This document shows positions 39,296 through 53,613 of a stretch of DNA of 64,000 nucleotides, in pieces. The translations under genes and the position numbers were made by a program. The stretch comes from Antechinus flavipes (Eukaryota): contig NC_067399.1 of the NCBI RefSeq assembly GCF_016432865.1, positions 595,696,001-595,760,000 on the forward strand. Reading direction: 5' to 3'. The notes beneath the pieces were generated by a model, which ran no database searches, had not been told where the DNA came from, and saw nothing but the letters and a program-made list of their open reading frames with translations. How positions within the stretch are numbered: position 1 is the first letter of the stretch; the number at the start of each line of letters is the position of its first letter.

Positions 39296-41859
39296 TTAAC
39301 TAACCCACAATAATTCCTTTAGTCCTATATTTTTAAATAAAATTTTTTGATGATACATAAAAAATGAAGAGAAAAATCCAATCCATCAATACATGCCTCC
39401 ACCAAGACGTTCTTCATGAAGCCTCTCCTGATTCTTTTAGCTCGAAGTGATCACCCTCCCCCCCTCAGAGTTATTATTGTATCCTAACCTTTCCACTCAC
39501 CTCTCTACCTCATATTATCTGTGTGTGTCTTAGTTCCCATATTAGCTAATAAGCTCCTTGTAAACAAGAACTATTTTATTTTATTGTTATATTCTTAGTT
39601 CCTTGCCCAGTATCTGGAACAGAGCAGGTACTTTAAAATATTTGTTGAACTTAATTTAACATTGGTATGGTATACTGCTTTAGCATCTTAAATTAGCAGC
39701 CACAAATGGACAAGAAAAATGCAGAAGAACCAAAGGGGAAGACGCCAGCACCTCCCTTCTAGTCTGCATTGTTACAGCATCCTTTCAAAATGAATGTATC
39801 AGCCCCTCTGTGCCTTTTTTTTTGCCCTAAAAATGAATAATGGATGGCCCCAAGAGAATTTTCCCTGACATATTTAAGATTGGCCTTTGTTACCCAGAAG
39901 AAGGGCTCTGTGCCCTCCCTTCTATAGCTTTCATTAGTGCACTGGTTTGAGAGAATAGAAGTTCCTCAGCAAGAAAAAATACATTTTCAGTGTGAAGTCA
40001 AACAGCAACATTTCTGAAATGTGGAGGGTGGGGAGGATAACTGAGCAATGAAGGAAGCTTTCTCTAAAGGTCTCAGTGTGCCCCCCAGGTAGTTGTTTTA
40101 GTGGAAACAAAAATAGAAACCTAGTTTGCTTTGTGGTAGAGAAGGCAAGATCTGTCTGTTTCAGTTACTCTACACCACAGGCAATCTTCAGTGACAGACT
40201 CAGGATTAACAGTTTCTAGATTCCAATTCCAAAGATTTGGGGGATCCCTTCTTTTTGCCAGTATCATTCTTAGAGGACCATTCAAGGACATATGGCAAGG
40301 TTCATTAGTTAAAGATTGTGGCAAGAAAATTCTATGTGATGGTACAAGCAGGATTATATTTAGGATGCTCTATTTTTGGATGTTTAGAATGAGTAAATTT
40401 TTTCAAAAAAGTAGACAAATAAATGTGATTTTAAAAAAAAGAAAAATACTGGATTAATAAATAACTGATGTTATATCCAATTCCCCACCCCTAAAGTTCT
40501 GGAGCTTATTATGAATGCATCTGAAATCCCTTATAATACAAATATGAGGACATCTTTCCTAGCTTCAATCTGATGGTAAAGATCCACAAGGAACTGGGCA
40601 GTGAAGAAACCATAAGAATAATGCTAATGACCTGGTAGGCTTTCTTCTCTTGAAGAAGAAAACAAGATTAAAAATACTATTACAAAATCCTTTTAGGAAA
40701 AGGAATCATGTTCCCAGCTAATGTCTAATTCTACATTGGGGGCGGGGGAAGAAGGTATCTACAGTAGATTAGTGTGTCAGTAAATACAGAAAGAACTGAA
40801 GTCCCACATATTTGACATTTGAAGAACAAAGCTATCCATCAATGTCTTGCCACAGATCGATCAAAGAGAATGCTACTGCTGAAATCCTAATAGTATGATG
40901 GTAATAATGTAACCATAAAACCTGCAGTCTATAATTGACTGCTTCCACTTCAAGCTAACATGTCTAAAACAGTGACTAATGTTCACCTGAAGATTTCACT
41001 TGCATTGAATGACAATCAGTTACACCTTATGCTATTCTCAGAGGATGCTTCTGTAGCCTAACAGCCCAGGGCCAGACGCCAGTTGAAAAGAAGTATCACC
41101 ACTGAACAAGAAATACTTGTATGCTAAGTGTATATATGTTGTTCTCAAATTACATTATATCCTTTTGACTTCGCTTCTGCTTGTAAAAGGATCCTTGATT
41201 TAAAGCAATGTATACAACCACATGAGCCAAAGTGAAATTGGAAATGCATTAGGACTATATATGTGTCCAATCTTTGTACAAGATATCCCATGAAGTATAC
41301 AGATTTTCTTTGTAATGGAGTTTTGTTATAAAGGTTCCACTGCTATAAATGGTAAAAATCAGTCTATTTGAAAGCTTTGTCTTTTTTGTTCTGAATGAAT
41401 AAGTAATATAATATTTTGAATTTTGAAGAGAAAAGAAGGTGGTATGCACAGATCTTTGTGCCAGCTCTCTCTTTTGCTTTCCAGATTACTAAAACAAATA
41501 CTCAAAATTAGGGATCTATGTATATTTTGACTGTTTGCAACTTTTCTCATTCTCATTATACTATTCAATCTTTTTTTTTCTTTGTTCAGTGAATATGTAA
41601 ATAGACTAGCAACTCTCTATGGAAAGAAACAGAGATTTAGGAGGTAATAGTTTAAGTAGATTAGTGATATAAATTCAAAATAAATGTGTTTTATTTGAAA
41701 CCTCAAGGAGAGAATATAGAAAAGCCTAGTGTTTGAGGTGAGAAAGAAGGTGCAAAGGAAATTGTATTGGACTAATCTTATACTTTTAATGTTACTAACA
41801 GATTTTAGACCTAGAATTTTAAATATCAGTGCCCTTTAAATCGATAATTCAAACATATT

Positions 41860-43620
41860 GCTGCCCATTCTTATTAATTTTCCTGACATTTTTCTAGCTT
41901 CCTCTTCGTTTAAACTTCCATACTCTGGTCCTTAAATCCACTCATTCTTAGACTCTTTATATGGTCTTTCTATATTTTCTGGTTTCTTATACACTTGAGA
42001 ATGTGTGAGTGGCTCTTATCAAGTCATTAGCCACTTTCCATGCCTTTTGCTTTTATTAACACTACCTTCATGGATAAGTCCTATGGAATGGTCTCATTGG
42101 TATCATTTCCTCATCTCATTTGATCTAATTGCCCCACTGATGTTTGCTCATCATCTACATAGAGACTGTCTACAATATGTGTCTCTACTTCTTTTCCTCT
42201 CAGTCTTCTATAATTTGGTTCCCAAATTTGTCATTCAACAAAAACTTTTCTCTCTAAAGTTACTAGTGATATATTAGCTGCCAGATCTAATGATCTTTTC
42301 TAAATTCTCATCCTCTTTAATCTTTCTATAGTTTTTGATACTATAAACCATTTTCTTCTCCTGATTTTGAGGAGACTCCTGATTCTCTTGCTATCTACCT
42401 GTTTGATTGAGCCTTTTCTGTCTCTTTTGCTGGATGTTAGTCCAAGTGACTTCTACTAATGCTGGGTGGCCCACAGAGGTCTAGTTTGGTCCCTTTTTTT
42501 TCTTTTCCCTTTTATTATCTCCAGAATTTCCATGGATTCAATTATGCTGGCGATTCTCAAATATACTTCTCTATCCCAAAACCCTCTGCTGACCTCCAAT
42601 CTTGCATCTCCAACTGCCTGTTCTTGAATTGTTGTTCAGTTGGAATTGCTAAATGGTTTCAGTCATAACCAACTGTGATACCATTTGGATTTTTCTTGGC
42701 AAAGAAATTGGAATTCCCTTCTCCAGCTCATTTTACAGATAAGTAAACACATGCAAAAAGGGTTAAAATACTTACTCAGGGTCATATAGATAGTATCTAA
42801 GATCAGATTTGAATTCCAGGACATGAGCCTGATTCCAGGCCCGCCCAACATTCCATCCACAGTGCCACCTCACTGTCCACTTAGTCATTCCCCTGAAAAA
42901 GTTATACTGACTCCCTATTGCTACTATGATAAATACAAACACTTCCACTTAGGATTTAAAGGTTTTTTTTTTTTTTTAAACCTATCTCCAATGCTATCTT
43001 TTCAGTTGCTTAGAGAATATCTCAAACTGTATATTCTAGAGGCATCTTAAATTCTTTCTCCCTAAACTCTCCCATTTTCCAAGTTTCTCTATCAAGGTAT
43101 TACCATAATTCTAATTCACTCAGACTTGCAACCAGGTTTCATCCTCAACTTTTCACTCTCACCCATTGCATCCAATCTGTTAAATCCTTTGTTTGTTATT
43201 CAAAGCCCTTCATATCTTGTTCATTCTCCCCCATTCCCCACTTACCTTTCTACTCTGTTTGGTATTCAAAGTCCTTCATAACCTACTCATTCTCCCACCT
43301 TTCCCCATTCACCTTTCCAGTCTTCTGATACCTTTCATGCTCCCACATGCTCTTCAATCTAGTAATACAGGTCTCCTTCTTCTCCTCATTCACAACACTC
43401 GAATTCCTGACTATACGGACATTGATGGCAATATGCCATACTTAGAATCTCTACCTCTTTCTTCATCTCTGCCTCCTAGTTTTCTTGTCTTCCTTCAAGT
43501 TGCAGCTAAAATCCCACATTCTATTAAAAAGTCTTTCCCTATTCCCTTAATACTAGAACCTTCTCTCTGTTAATCATCTCCAATGTATGTGTTATGTGTC
43601 TTGTCTGTACATAGCAGAAT
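41860..43620 (+). mobile_element. Long degenerate L2 fragment with a MAR1/MIR insertion (~42630-42880)
   Basis: C/T-rich L2 ORF2-derived text (ctcctgattctcttgctatctacctg, ttcaattatgctggcgattctcaaat, catctccaactgcct) running into L2 3' UTR motifs. Confidence 0.75.
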
Positions 43621-43829
43621 CTTAATAAAAGTCTATTTTATTGATTTATATATCTCACTTTGGATGGACAGAGGGAACGCATTTATTAACTCAAGTTGAC
43701 AGATAACAGAAAAGATTTTTTTTTAAATGGTAAACTTGATGAGAGCAAGGACTATGTTTCAGGAAAGCTTTATCTCTCTTCTAGTGTTATGCATCCAGGG
43801 GATGAAACTATTTAATATCTGATTCAGCG

Positions 43830-45070
43830 AAATTCAGTAAGCATTTATCAGGCACCAGCATCTGCCAGATATTGTAATAAGCAGTAATAATACCAAAAAC
43901 AAAAACAAAACCAACCAGTCTTTGCTGTCAAGGAGCTTCCATTGTATTTGACAGGCATTACAAATGCATGGATAACCTAATGCAAAATATATGCCAAAAA
44001 ATAGCAAATCACTGAGTGTGTATTGTGTGTGTGTGGGGGGGGGATTTAAACAAATGGAAGAATAAGAAAAAGTCATTTGTAGGATATAGCACTTGAATTG
44101 ACCCTTTCAAAAAATAGGCATTGAGGAAGGCAGAAATATAAGAAAAAAAATTCCAACTATGGGGGCAGGCTTTGTAAAGCAAAAGGGAGAGATATAATTT
44201 TGAATATTAGGGACTAATAAGTAACTCAATTTGGCTAAAACAGAATGTTTAGAAAGGGAACTAGATTAAGTCAACAACATTAGCAAAATCTGAGGGGGGG
44301 TGCATAAGTGTGGTATTTATGCATCTGCATATATTGCTTCCAGCTTCCCCATCCCCAAAGCTGCCAAATTGAGATTCCTAAATGTCTCCATGTGACTCCC
44401 CTGATGAAGCAGTTATAGTGGCCCCCTGTTGCTACTAAGATAATACACAAACTCCTCCATTTAGGATTTAAAATCTCATAATCCATCTTCTCCAATCCTA
44501 TCTTTCCAAATTTACTGCTTCTTCTCCTCATGTAGTCTATGTTCCTCTCAGACTAGTCTTCTTAATGTTCCTGTATAGGACACTCCACACCTCCACGACT
44601 ATATACAATGTCTCCTTAACATGTGAAATGCTCTCTCTTTCCCGCCTTCTGTATTTTTTTTTTTTGAATCCCCAACTCCCTTCAAGCATCAGAGCAATTG
44701 TTACTTCAAACTGGACTGGGAATCCAGAATTTTTTTTAATATGTCTCTTTCTGGACTCGATTATTATGATTCAATGCCTTCTCATCTTGGAATATCCCTC
44801 TGCTATGTCAGGCCCCTTTTCCCATTGGTGATTTCCTTCTGGCTGTGCTTCTGAATCTAGTGACTTTGCTCCCATGAAGATACATCCTTTCTTCTGTCCT
44901 CCTACCCTTCTCCCCCAAACTTCACATACTTCTGGGTGTTGTCTTTACTCATCAGAATATAAGGTCTTTTAAGGTAAGGACTGTTATTCTTTTTGCTTCT
45001 GTTTATATTTTCTATTCTTAGAATAGCACCTGGCACATAGTAATAATTGAATAAATGTTTGTTGCCCTGT
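43830..45070. mobile_element. L2 fragments in both orientations
   Basis: attcagtaagcatttatcaggcacc (minus-strand L2 end) at ~43835; cctggcacatagtaataattgaataaatgtttgttg (plus-strand end) at ~45030. Confidence 0.6.
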
Positions 45071-45779
45071 TGACTTTTCAAAACAATCCTCTATCCCCAA
45101 GTTACCAATGTCCTCCACTCTTAAACTATATATTAATGTTTACATACCTTTGTCTAGTAGAGGCATTTATGTACAGTACCATGATCCATTATACATGAAG
45201 AAACTGAGGGCAAGAGAAGTTAAAAAAAGGATCACACAGCTTAGTGAGTGCCTGAACTGGGATTTGAATTCAGATCTTCCCGATTCCAAGTCTAGCACAC
45301 ACCTTCCCTATTTGCTTCATCTAGTTATCTCATATCTAGTAGTTCTTTTTATTCTGCTAAAGATTGTGCCATATGTCACTATCAAAACTCTTCCATAGCA
45401 ATGATTTCTCAATGGTCCTGCTCTCAATCTCAATGCTGAAAGACACACTACAGGAGAATTTAATTCTTTAAGAATATGACCTGTTGTTTTTATCTCTGTA
45501 TCCCCAACACTTCACACACTACTTTATATAAACTTTAAAAACATTTATCTTGATCTATGATTATGATGTCCATGGTATAACTCCTATTTGGACTTTTACC
45601 TCCCATCCAAGTCATTAATATGGCTGCTATTTAAAATCATAGAGAAATCTCTGTAATATAGAGTATAAACTACTTAACAAAACTAAGTGGGAGTTGAACT
45701 CAGTTATTCTAGATTCCAAAGTTGGCCCTTTTATCTCCTGTAGCACACCTGTCTGTAACTTTGAACATAGGAGATCCTG

Positions 45780-45950
45780 CCTAAATTCCTGTTTAAGTGT
45801 CTTGCATACATAAACACACACCAAGAAAATGATAGAATCAATTTTGACAAAGCACTTACGGTGTCCCAAAAATTGTGCTAAGCACCAGGAGTACAAAAAG
45901 AGACAAAAAGCAGCCCTTGAATTCCTCATGTTGCTCACAATCTAATGGAA
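45780..45950 (-). mobile_element. L2 3' end
   Basis: aagcacttacggtgtcccaaaaattgtgctaagcaccagg...ctcatgttgctcacaatctaatgg. Confidence 0.65.
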
Positions 45951-46049
45951 TGGACACAGTGACATAGTTGCAGAATAACTGTACCTTAGTTACAAGGTAA
46001 CTAAGCACTAGAATGAGAGAAGAAAAAGTGCTACGTATATCCGGGGTGG

Positions 46050-46380
46050 TAGGGAGGGTGGAAGTGGGAGGAGAATATATATAGAGAGAGTCTAATGGCA
46101 GCCATCTCTAGGGAGGACAAGGGGAGGGAAGAGAAAAAATATTACACAATTAACTTTATGTAGATATGTAATATCTAAGTTACATATGAAGCTTTATTAC
46201 TTGTAAATATATAATATTTTTTAAAAAGGAATAACAAGTTGTATGTAATAGATATGCAGCTTCATGTGCAATCATCTTTTTTATTACACTGTGTTATAAA
46301 AATTTGTTTTATTTTATAAATTAAAAAGAAAATAGAGAATAAAAAATGTAAAAGTCTGAGAAATTAGAAAAAAGAAATAG
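46050..46380 (+). mobile_element. Old L1 3' UTR with A-rich tail
   Basis: G-rich tract, then aataacaagttgtatgtaatagatatgcagcttcatgtgcaatcatc...tataaattaaaaagaaaat. Confidence 0.65.
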
Positions 46381-47559
46381 AAGAAATGATCCTTACAATA
46401 ATAAAATTCAGGCATCAAACAAGGAGTAGAGTATTCCCCAAAAGTAACTCCACTGTGATGGAAGAGACCTAGAGTAGAAACACCTGTGCTGAGGTCCCCC
46501 AGGTGCTTGTCTACACAAAACAGTGTTTCTCTTGTATGAAGTCCCAAGATGCTACAGAGTCTGCTAGAAGAGAAATGTAATCACTCAAAGGAGTTTGGAC
46601 TGTCCACTGATGAAAATTGCCTGTAGTTCCAGTTTTAACATGCATCAGATTAGGTTTGTACTCCAGATTCCCTCTCTAACAGTATGGGGCAGAAAATCCA
46701 GAAGGACACAACTGAGTATATAGGGCCAGAAAAGGAGAAGTGAGTATGTTCACTGGCCTCAACCTTCCCATTGGAGTTAAGATCCATATTTTCAACAGAC
46801 TCAGACTGCTTCCCAAAAACAAAAGATGGGCAGAGGAAAGTGAACAAGGTGTGGTGTGGGACCAAGGAGGTTCTCTGAGGATGAAGAGGAGTCAAAAAGG
46901 TCATCCAAAATTTGCATGGCAGAAGAAAAGCTGGGCTGGTCCCGTGACGAAAAGAAATAAAATTTTATCCTCCAAAGAGCATTGTCATGTGTCTGTATCT
47001 AAAATCTAAGTAACATTTGCACTTTTTTTGATGTTTCCTAATGTTCCTGCTCTTCAACCCCATTCCTGGGAGAGACATTGGAGGAAAAGAATTCAGTCCT
47101 AATCCTCTTTTTATTCTTTATTTTCTAATTTAAGTTTTATTTTTATTCTTTCATTCAGCAAACATTTACTACTCCACTTAAGCATTTACTAGGCGGTGAA
47201 AAGGGACCAGTCTCCTGCAGAGAGGAGATATATACATAGACAACCAAAATATAAATTAAAATATAAATACATAACATAAATTTATGAGAGATGACCACCC
47301 TTACTCTCCCCAGTCCAAAAAAGCACAAATGTATTCATGATGTTCTTTTTCTTCCAAGAAATTTTAATTAAGTAGAGCCAATGTTCCCTTCCCCTCCAAT
47401 CAATCCATATATCCAAAAATATCTGATGTCTTATGTCAAACTTGTCAAAAGATGCACATTAACTAATATGTTGTATGTTTCTATCTCAAGGTTCAAGCTA
47501 GCAAAAAAAAAATCAACTAGTTCAGATATTGTTATTCCCTTGATCTTGTTAGAAAGTTG

Positions 47560-48030
47560 CTGTTGTTGTTCAGCTTTTTCAGCCCTATCTTACTCTTCAT
47601 GACCCCATTTGGGTTTTTCTTAGCAGAAATCTGGAGCAGTTTGCCATTTCCCTCTCCAACTCCTTTTACATATTTTGGGGGAACTCCTGGTTCTCCTGCT
47701 ATCTACCTGTCTGAATGAGCCTTTTCTGTCTCCTTTGTTAGATGTTAGTCCAGGTGACCTCTGCTAATCTCTGGTGGCCCACGGAGCAATGGCTTGGTCC
47801 TTTTCTCTTTTCCCTCTTATTTCATTTGGCAATCTCCTGAGCTTCCATGAATTCAATTATGCTGATGATTCTCAAATTTAGTTCTCTATCCTGAAACCCT
47901 CTGCTGACTGCCAGTCTTGCATCTCCAATTGCCTGCTATTGTACTGTTGTTCAGTTGTTTCGTCATACAGTAATTAAACTTAGAAAGATGAGTCTTCTTG
48001 ACTCCAGATCTGGCACTATATATAGCACAG
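47560..48030 (-). mobile_element. MAR1-type SINE interrupted by a locally duplicated L2 piece
   Basis: gttgttgttcagctttttcag...catgaccccatttgggtttttcttagcag...ttttaca, then the 47672-47957 insert, then the SINE remainder (gtcttcttgactccagatctggcac). Confidence 0.65.
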
Positions 48031-51000
48031 TTACCCATTCTCCTGAAGTCCTTTCTCTTACCTCATTACAGCAATCAAGTACACATCAAGGGTCAGATGA
48101 ATCTGGACAATGGGATAATCTATTGTAGATATTATTGTATATATGTATATTTATATATTGTATATATGAAAATAATTTGAATTAATATTTTACCTGGGAC
48201 TTCATAGCAAATTACTGTGAGACAGAAAAGAACTAGAAAAATACAACATGAAGTAGTGGGAAAACAATAGGCTGAAGTTCAGAGTATGTGGATTCAAATT
48301 CTACCCCTACTACTACTTGGTTTCCGCCCAGATGACCTTGAGCAAAACCTATTACCTTCCCAGGTCTCAAGTTTCCTGTAAATGAAGTAAATGAGTCAAT
48401 TAGACCAGGTGGTCCTCAAGGTCCCTTGTGGTTCTAAATTTTACTCTATACTTGAGATATATTTTTTTAATGTTTTGGTAGTAATCCATACACACAAGAG
48501 AGGAACGGGGAATCACACAGCTGAATTCAACCTCCCTACAAGCTGTTACTGTTGGATGACAAAATAAAAGAGCTGTGAATAACTCAGGAAAGATGCTTTC
48601 ATTAGAGAATTGCTATTGAATGGAGAGTGTGGAGTACTCTTTGTAAAGAATTTGCTGTAACCAGATCATCCAACTATTTCTACACTTCGTCCTGTACCAG
48701 TTCAGGGAGAATAACTTTGTACTACAGAACATTTTATTTTCATGGCATTTTCACTAATGGCTTTTTACCAGAGACATCTGAAAATCACTTTGTATTATGA
48801 TCTTCAATAATGCTTTATAAGAAAACACAAGAAACTCACCTCCCCCTATCCTAACATCCTCCTCCTTACCAATGATTCAAAGTAACAGGCAGGGCCTTCT
48901 AGCAGCCAGTCTCAGTGAGAGAACATTTACAATCATGGTTAAGTCAAACGAGGTTATTAAAGCTACAGTCCTCAAGTATAACACATTGGTTTGTGCCTAA
49001 GATGCGTTTGTATATTCCAGCCTTCCATTAAGTTGGTAACAGTTTATTGTTGAAAGTAGGAATTTCTATCTACTTCATAAGGTTCATTTTAACTAAAAAA
49101 ATTATAATTAAAATGTCTGCTAGCCTCTAATGGATCCTGAGTGTATGTCAAATTGCTTTGTACCCTTTGATATATACTTAAAGGTAATTGGGTAGTCTTA
49201 CTGATGTATTTTTAAAGAGCTAACTATTGATTAATAATGCTTCAGTATTAATATAACCACTTTGTGTGGTTCAAGAAACATCAATAGTAGAAAACCCATA
49301 TTTATCTACAAATTAACAACTCTATATAGATCTGTTACTTTAAGCTAAATGGGGTGCATCCAGTCATTCCAACAGGGACTAGACAACTAATAATAAAGAT
49401 TAAAGCCCAACTTGGACTTATTTTTCCACTATATGAATGAACACACAATTCATGGCTGCAGCAAGGCACAAAGTCTGCTTTATTCCCTGACATGCCAATA
49501 TTTTTAATGCTACACCTACTCATAGCACTTCCTACTCTTGGGAGGGGAGTAACTGTTGTATCTGCTGAACAAAATTAAGTTTAAAAAATGGTGGCACAGG
49601 AGATGGAAGTGGGGACTATCCGAGCTCTATCTGGTATTTAAAACAAGCTCCATGGTTCACAGACTCCAAGTGGATGTTCATTTAAATTTAACTGCTGCAG
49701 AGAACACTAGCTGGCATAGGGGGATGCATGATGAACTAGCCTGAAATGTGTTTTCAAGATATAGGCTAAAACCACTCTGTTGAACACAGACTAATCATCT
49801 TTATGGACAGTTTCTTTAGTCAGACAGGAGACCAAGTGATTATGCTAAGGTAGGTAGTTTCTTTGAAAGAAAACACTTAACTTTTGGTATAAAATAAAAT
49901 GAATGATTCTTACACTTATAGGAAAATGTTAAAGCTTCTTTCAATGTCAATATTTTTATTCATATAAATATGTGTATTTGTGTATGTGTATGTGTGTGTA
50001 AAATGAGCTTGTCTAAAAGAGGAACGGGACATCAGATCAAGGAAAATTAAGAAACCAACAAAAGGATTAGATTCTAGGACCCCAAAGCAAGATTTCAGTG
50101 AATATCCTTTTAAGAGTTAGTTGCAAAATATATTAAAACTTCAGGCCTTCTGTATTATAACTGAATTTCTTTTTCATTTGCTCTCAAAAGAAACATGGAA
50201 ATGTAAGCTCTAAGAAGTTAAAAGGGCCTTCAGTGCTTATCTAATCCCAATCTTGACTCATGAACTTTTACCCAACCTAATCAACTCTAGTAAACTGAAA
50301 GCCAGCCAAAGAACTAAATATGTGTGTACATACATACACACATATATTTACTATAGTCTCTCTTCTATTACAGTTATCTTAATGTTTCATGTCCACAGTA
50401 TATCTAAATATTATCTTCTCCAGAAACTAGAAAAAAGCCACTCTTTTAGACTTCATTAAGAAATGAATGAAACACAAGAGACTACTTGTAATGAAAAAGA
50501 AAAGGGAAGCAGATAGTGAGATCTGTCTTCATTGTTGTGTCTCTTATTTGATCTCTGTTACCTTTTCCATGCCCATCAAAATCTCATAATCCATATCAAA
50601 AGAGATAGGGGAGAAAGGGAGGGACTGATCTCCAGCAAACAAGTTCCTGTGGATAGTTAGAGCACTGAGCTTAAGGAATTTTCTCATATTGAAGTGTAGT
50701 GTTTTTGATGGGGTCTTCAGGTCTTTGGTATTTCAATGGACTTGTGACTCTATCAATGTGGATATTCCTTACAAAACACGTAACACCAGCCCATGTCAAA
50801 TGATGGTTATTATATCTTTGGGTCACCCATTCCATTTCTGTATTCTGAACAATAATAGTCTGAAAAATAAGATGTTTTCATCTACTTGCTTTTTTCCTAT
50901 GTGGTTAGTTAACTCAGGCTCTGTCATAAGGATTAATGCAAAGAACATATTATCCCAAAAGATACCCATCTTGAGTACTTTACCATTTATAAAGGCTTCA

Positions 51001-51759
51001 TCTTTCATTTGAATTCTATGCTAGACAGTCACAACCATCTTTGTCAAGCACTTTTTTGTTTTAATTCATTTTAAGTCTAATTGATAGACTGCACAAAACA
51101 ATTCTGTTATAGGAAATAATTTTTAATGATCCTCATATATTAAAGAAGGTAACTTGTAAATGAATAAAAAATTTTTAAGAATCAAGAAAAAATAACCATG
51201 AAGAGATTTTTATATTTTCTGTACTTTTCAGTCAACTGTATGATTCTCATGACATGGTCTGCTATAGAATCTCATTTGTGAAAACCTGCCTGTTCCCTTC
51301 TCATATTTTCACCTAGGATGCCCTCCATATGTGTGCAAATTAATCTCATAAAGATTTTGTAGAGATGAGAAAGTAGGCATATGGGTCTTTGATGGATCTA
51401 TAAATATCCTCTGTCACTTCCTTGTTTGAGAATATCCTGTCCCCTCAATCAAAGAGGCAACCTAAATAACTTACACTTGAAATAAAACAAAATCATTTTC
51501 AAGAAAACTCCATTTCTAGGACTCCTGGTCCTAGAAGATTCATCTGCTTGCAAGACTAGAAGTAACAAGTCAACAGGAGTATAATTAACTATCCATTGCT
51601 AATCAATTCAAAGAATGAATTGTATGTGCTGCCTTGGCAGAAATTATTTGAGTACTAGATTTCTAGTTACAAGAGATGAGCTTAAGTCTTGACTTATGTG
51701 TGGCTTATGGTTATGGATATTGTCAACAAAATCCTCTCTTGTTTTGAAAATTTAGGAAA

Positions 51760-52595
51760 AAAATTTTTAGCTTTTTATTTTCAAAATTTATGCATAGTTT
51801 TCAACATTCACTTTTGCAAAACCTTGTATTCCAATTTTTTTCTCCTTTCCTTCTACCCACTCCCTCCCTTAGACAGTAGTAATTCAATATGTTAAACATG
51901 TATAATTCTTCTATACATTTTTCACACATCATGCTGCACAAAAAAAAAAAAAAAAATCGGACCAAAAAGTTTAAAAAAAAATGAGAAAGAAAACAAAAAG
52001 CAGGAAACCACAAAAAGTTAAAATACTATGTTACAATCCACATTCAGTCCCCATATCCTCTCTCTAGATGCACATGGCTCTCTCCATCACAAGTCTATTG
52101 GAATTTGCCTGAACCACTGCACTGGTGAAAAGAGCCATGACCAGCAGAACTCATCCTTCCACAATGTTATTGTTGTTGTGTGCAATGTTCTCTTGGTTCT
52201 ACTCACTTCATTCAGCATCAGTTCATGTAAGTCTCTCCAAGCCTCTCTGAAATCAACTGCTGATTGTTTCTTACAGAACAATAATATTCCATAACGTTCA
52301 TATACCACAATTTACCCAACCATTCTCCAATTGATGGGCATCCATCCAGTTTCTAGTTTCTTGCCACTATGAAAAGGGCTTCTACAAACATTTTGGCACA
52401 TACAGGTCCCTTTCCCTTCTTTTGTATCTCTTTGGGGTATAAGCCCAGTAGAAACACTGCTGGATCAAAGGGTATGCACAAATAGCTTTTTGAGCATAGT
52501 TCCAAATCGCTCTCCAGAATGGCTGGATCCGTTCACAACTCCACCAACAATGTATCGGTGTCCCAGTTTTCCCAGATCCCCTCCAACATATATCA
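51760..52595 (-). mobile_element. L1 3' fragment
   Basis: Minus ORF 52382-52600 (GSGKTGTPIHCWWSCERIQPFWRAIWNYAQK...CFYWAYTPKR) is the L1 ORF2 C-terminus, followed by the 3' UTR. Confidence 0.92.
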
Positions 52596-52798
52596 AACAA
52601 TACCCTTTTTAAAACCTCATCTTCTTTCAGGGATAATAATCAAAATGTTTACTTTGTAAAATGGCTAAAGAAATAAAATAATGGGATATAATGAACTGAA
52701 TCTTCCCAGAGATGCCTAACATTTATGTCATCAGGAACGTCATAACTTCTCAGAGACTTTCTTTATATGAAAAATGTGAATTACAATACGGACAATGC

Positions 52799-53257
52799 TG
52801 TAGTTAGGAAAGCATCGTAAGTGAATTATGACGTAATGGATAGGAGGCTGTATTTATTATGGGGGGGAGAACGAAAACAGGCTCTTTGTAGGTGTCAGTT
52901 GTGTATCCCCACCCGAAAGAGGCAGAATGTCAAATCAGGGAGAAGTCCTCAGGTCAGACAGGGATCCCGAAGATCAAGGGAAGAACAGTAGCAGGCTAAG
53001 TATGGCAGCCAGGTGAGAGAGACCTGCTGGGCCAACTTGAAGAGCAGGCAGATCCTGAGTCAAGTTCTCAGGTGGATCTAGCTGCAGGCTCTGAGATCCT
53101 GGAATACAACCAAGGATCACACAGACTTTGGAATCACACTAAGCCCCGTGCTAGCTTTCTTAATTATTTCTGGTTTTATGTTAAAGCTGCTTCTAATACA
53201 TGTTAGTGACTATGCAAGCGTAGTGTTTGGATTTGTAAGAAAAAGGAGGGTTCTACA
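52799..53257 (-). mobile_element. Probable solo LTR (459 bp)
   Basis: Perfect terminal inverted TGTAG...CTACA. AATAAA on minus (plus tttatt 52853-52858) about 54 nt from the 3' end. Higher GC and 7 CpG. No clean TSD seen. Confidence 0.65.
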
Positions 53258-53420
53258 CCAATAAACAGAGACATAATTCCATAGCTGACAGTGGTCTTCC
53301 AATCACAAGGTTTATACTGTAATAACTTTAAAAAACAGACACAACCAGAAGACTTACAGAATGCTAGAGTTTGAAAGAATCATAGGTCTAGACTATGGAA
53401 GGATATTTTTAAAACTTTTT

Positions 53421-53613
53421 TTTTACCTTTTTTTTTTTAATAACTTTTTATTGACAGAACCCATGCCAGGGTAATTTTTACAACATTATCCCTTGCACTC
53501 ACTTCTGTTTCGATTTTTCCCCTCCCTCCCTCCACCCCCTGCCCCAGATGGCAAGCAGTCCTATACATGTTAAATAGGTTCCAGTATATCCTAGATACAA
53601 TATATGTGTGCAG
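53421..53613 (-). mobile_element. Very short 5'-truncated young L1 3' end with TSD
   Basis: Nearly identical to 34970-35145. TSD aaaacttttt at 53411-53420 and 53615-53624. Confidence 0.9.

Noticed and set aside
43193-43573. 126-aa Leu/Pro/Ser-rich ORF
   Set aside because: Translation of a C/T-rich degenerate L2.
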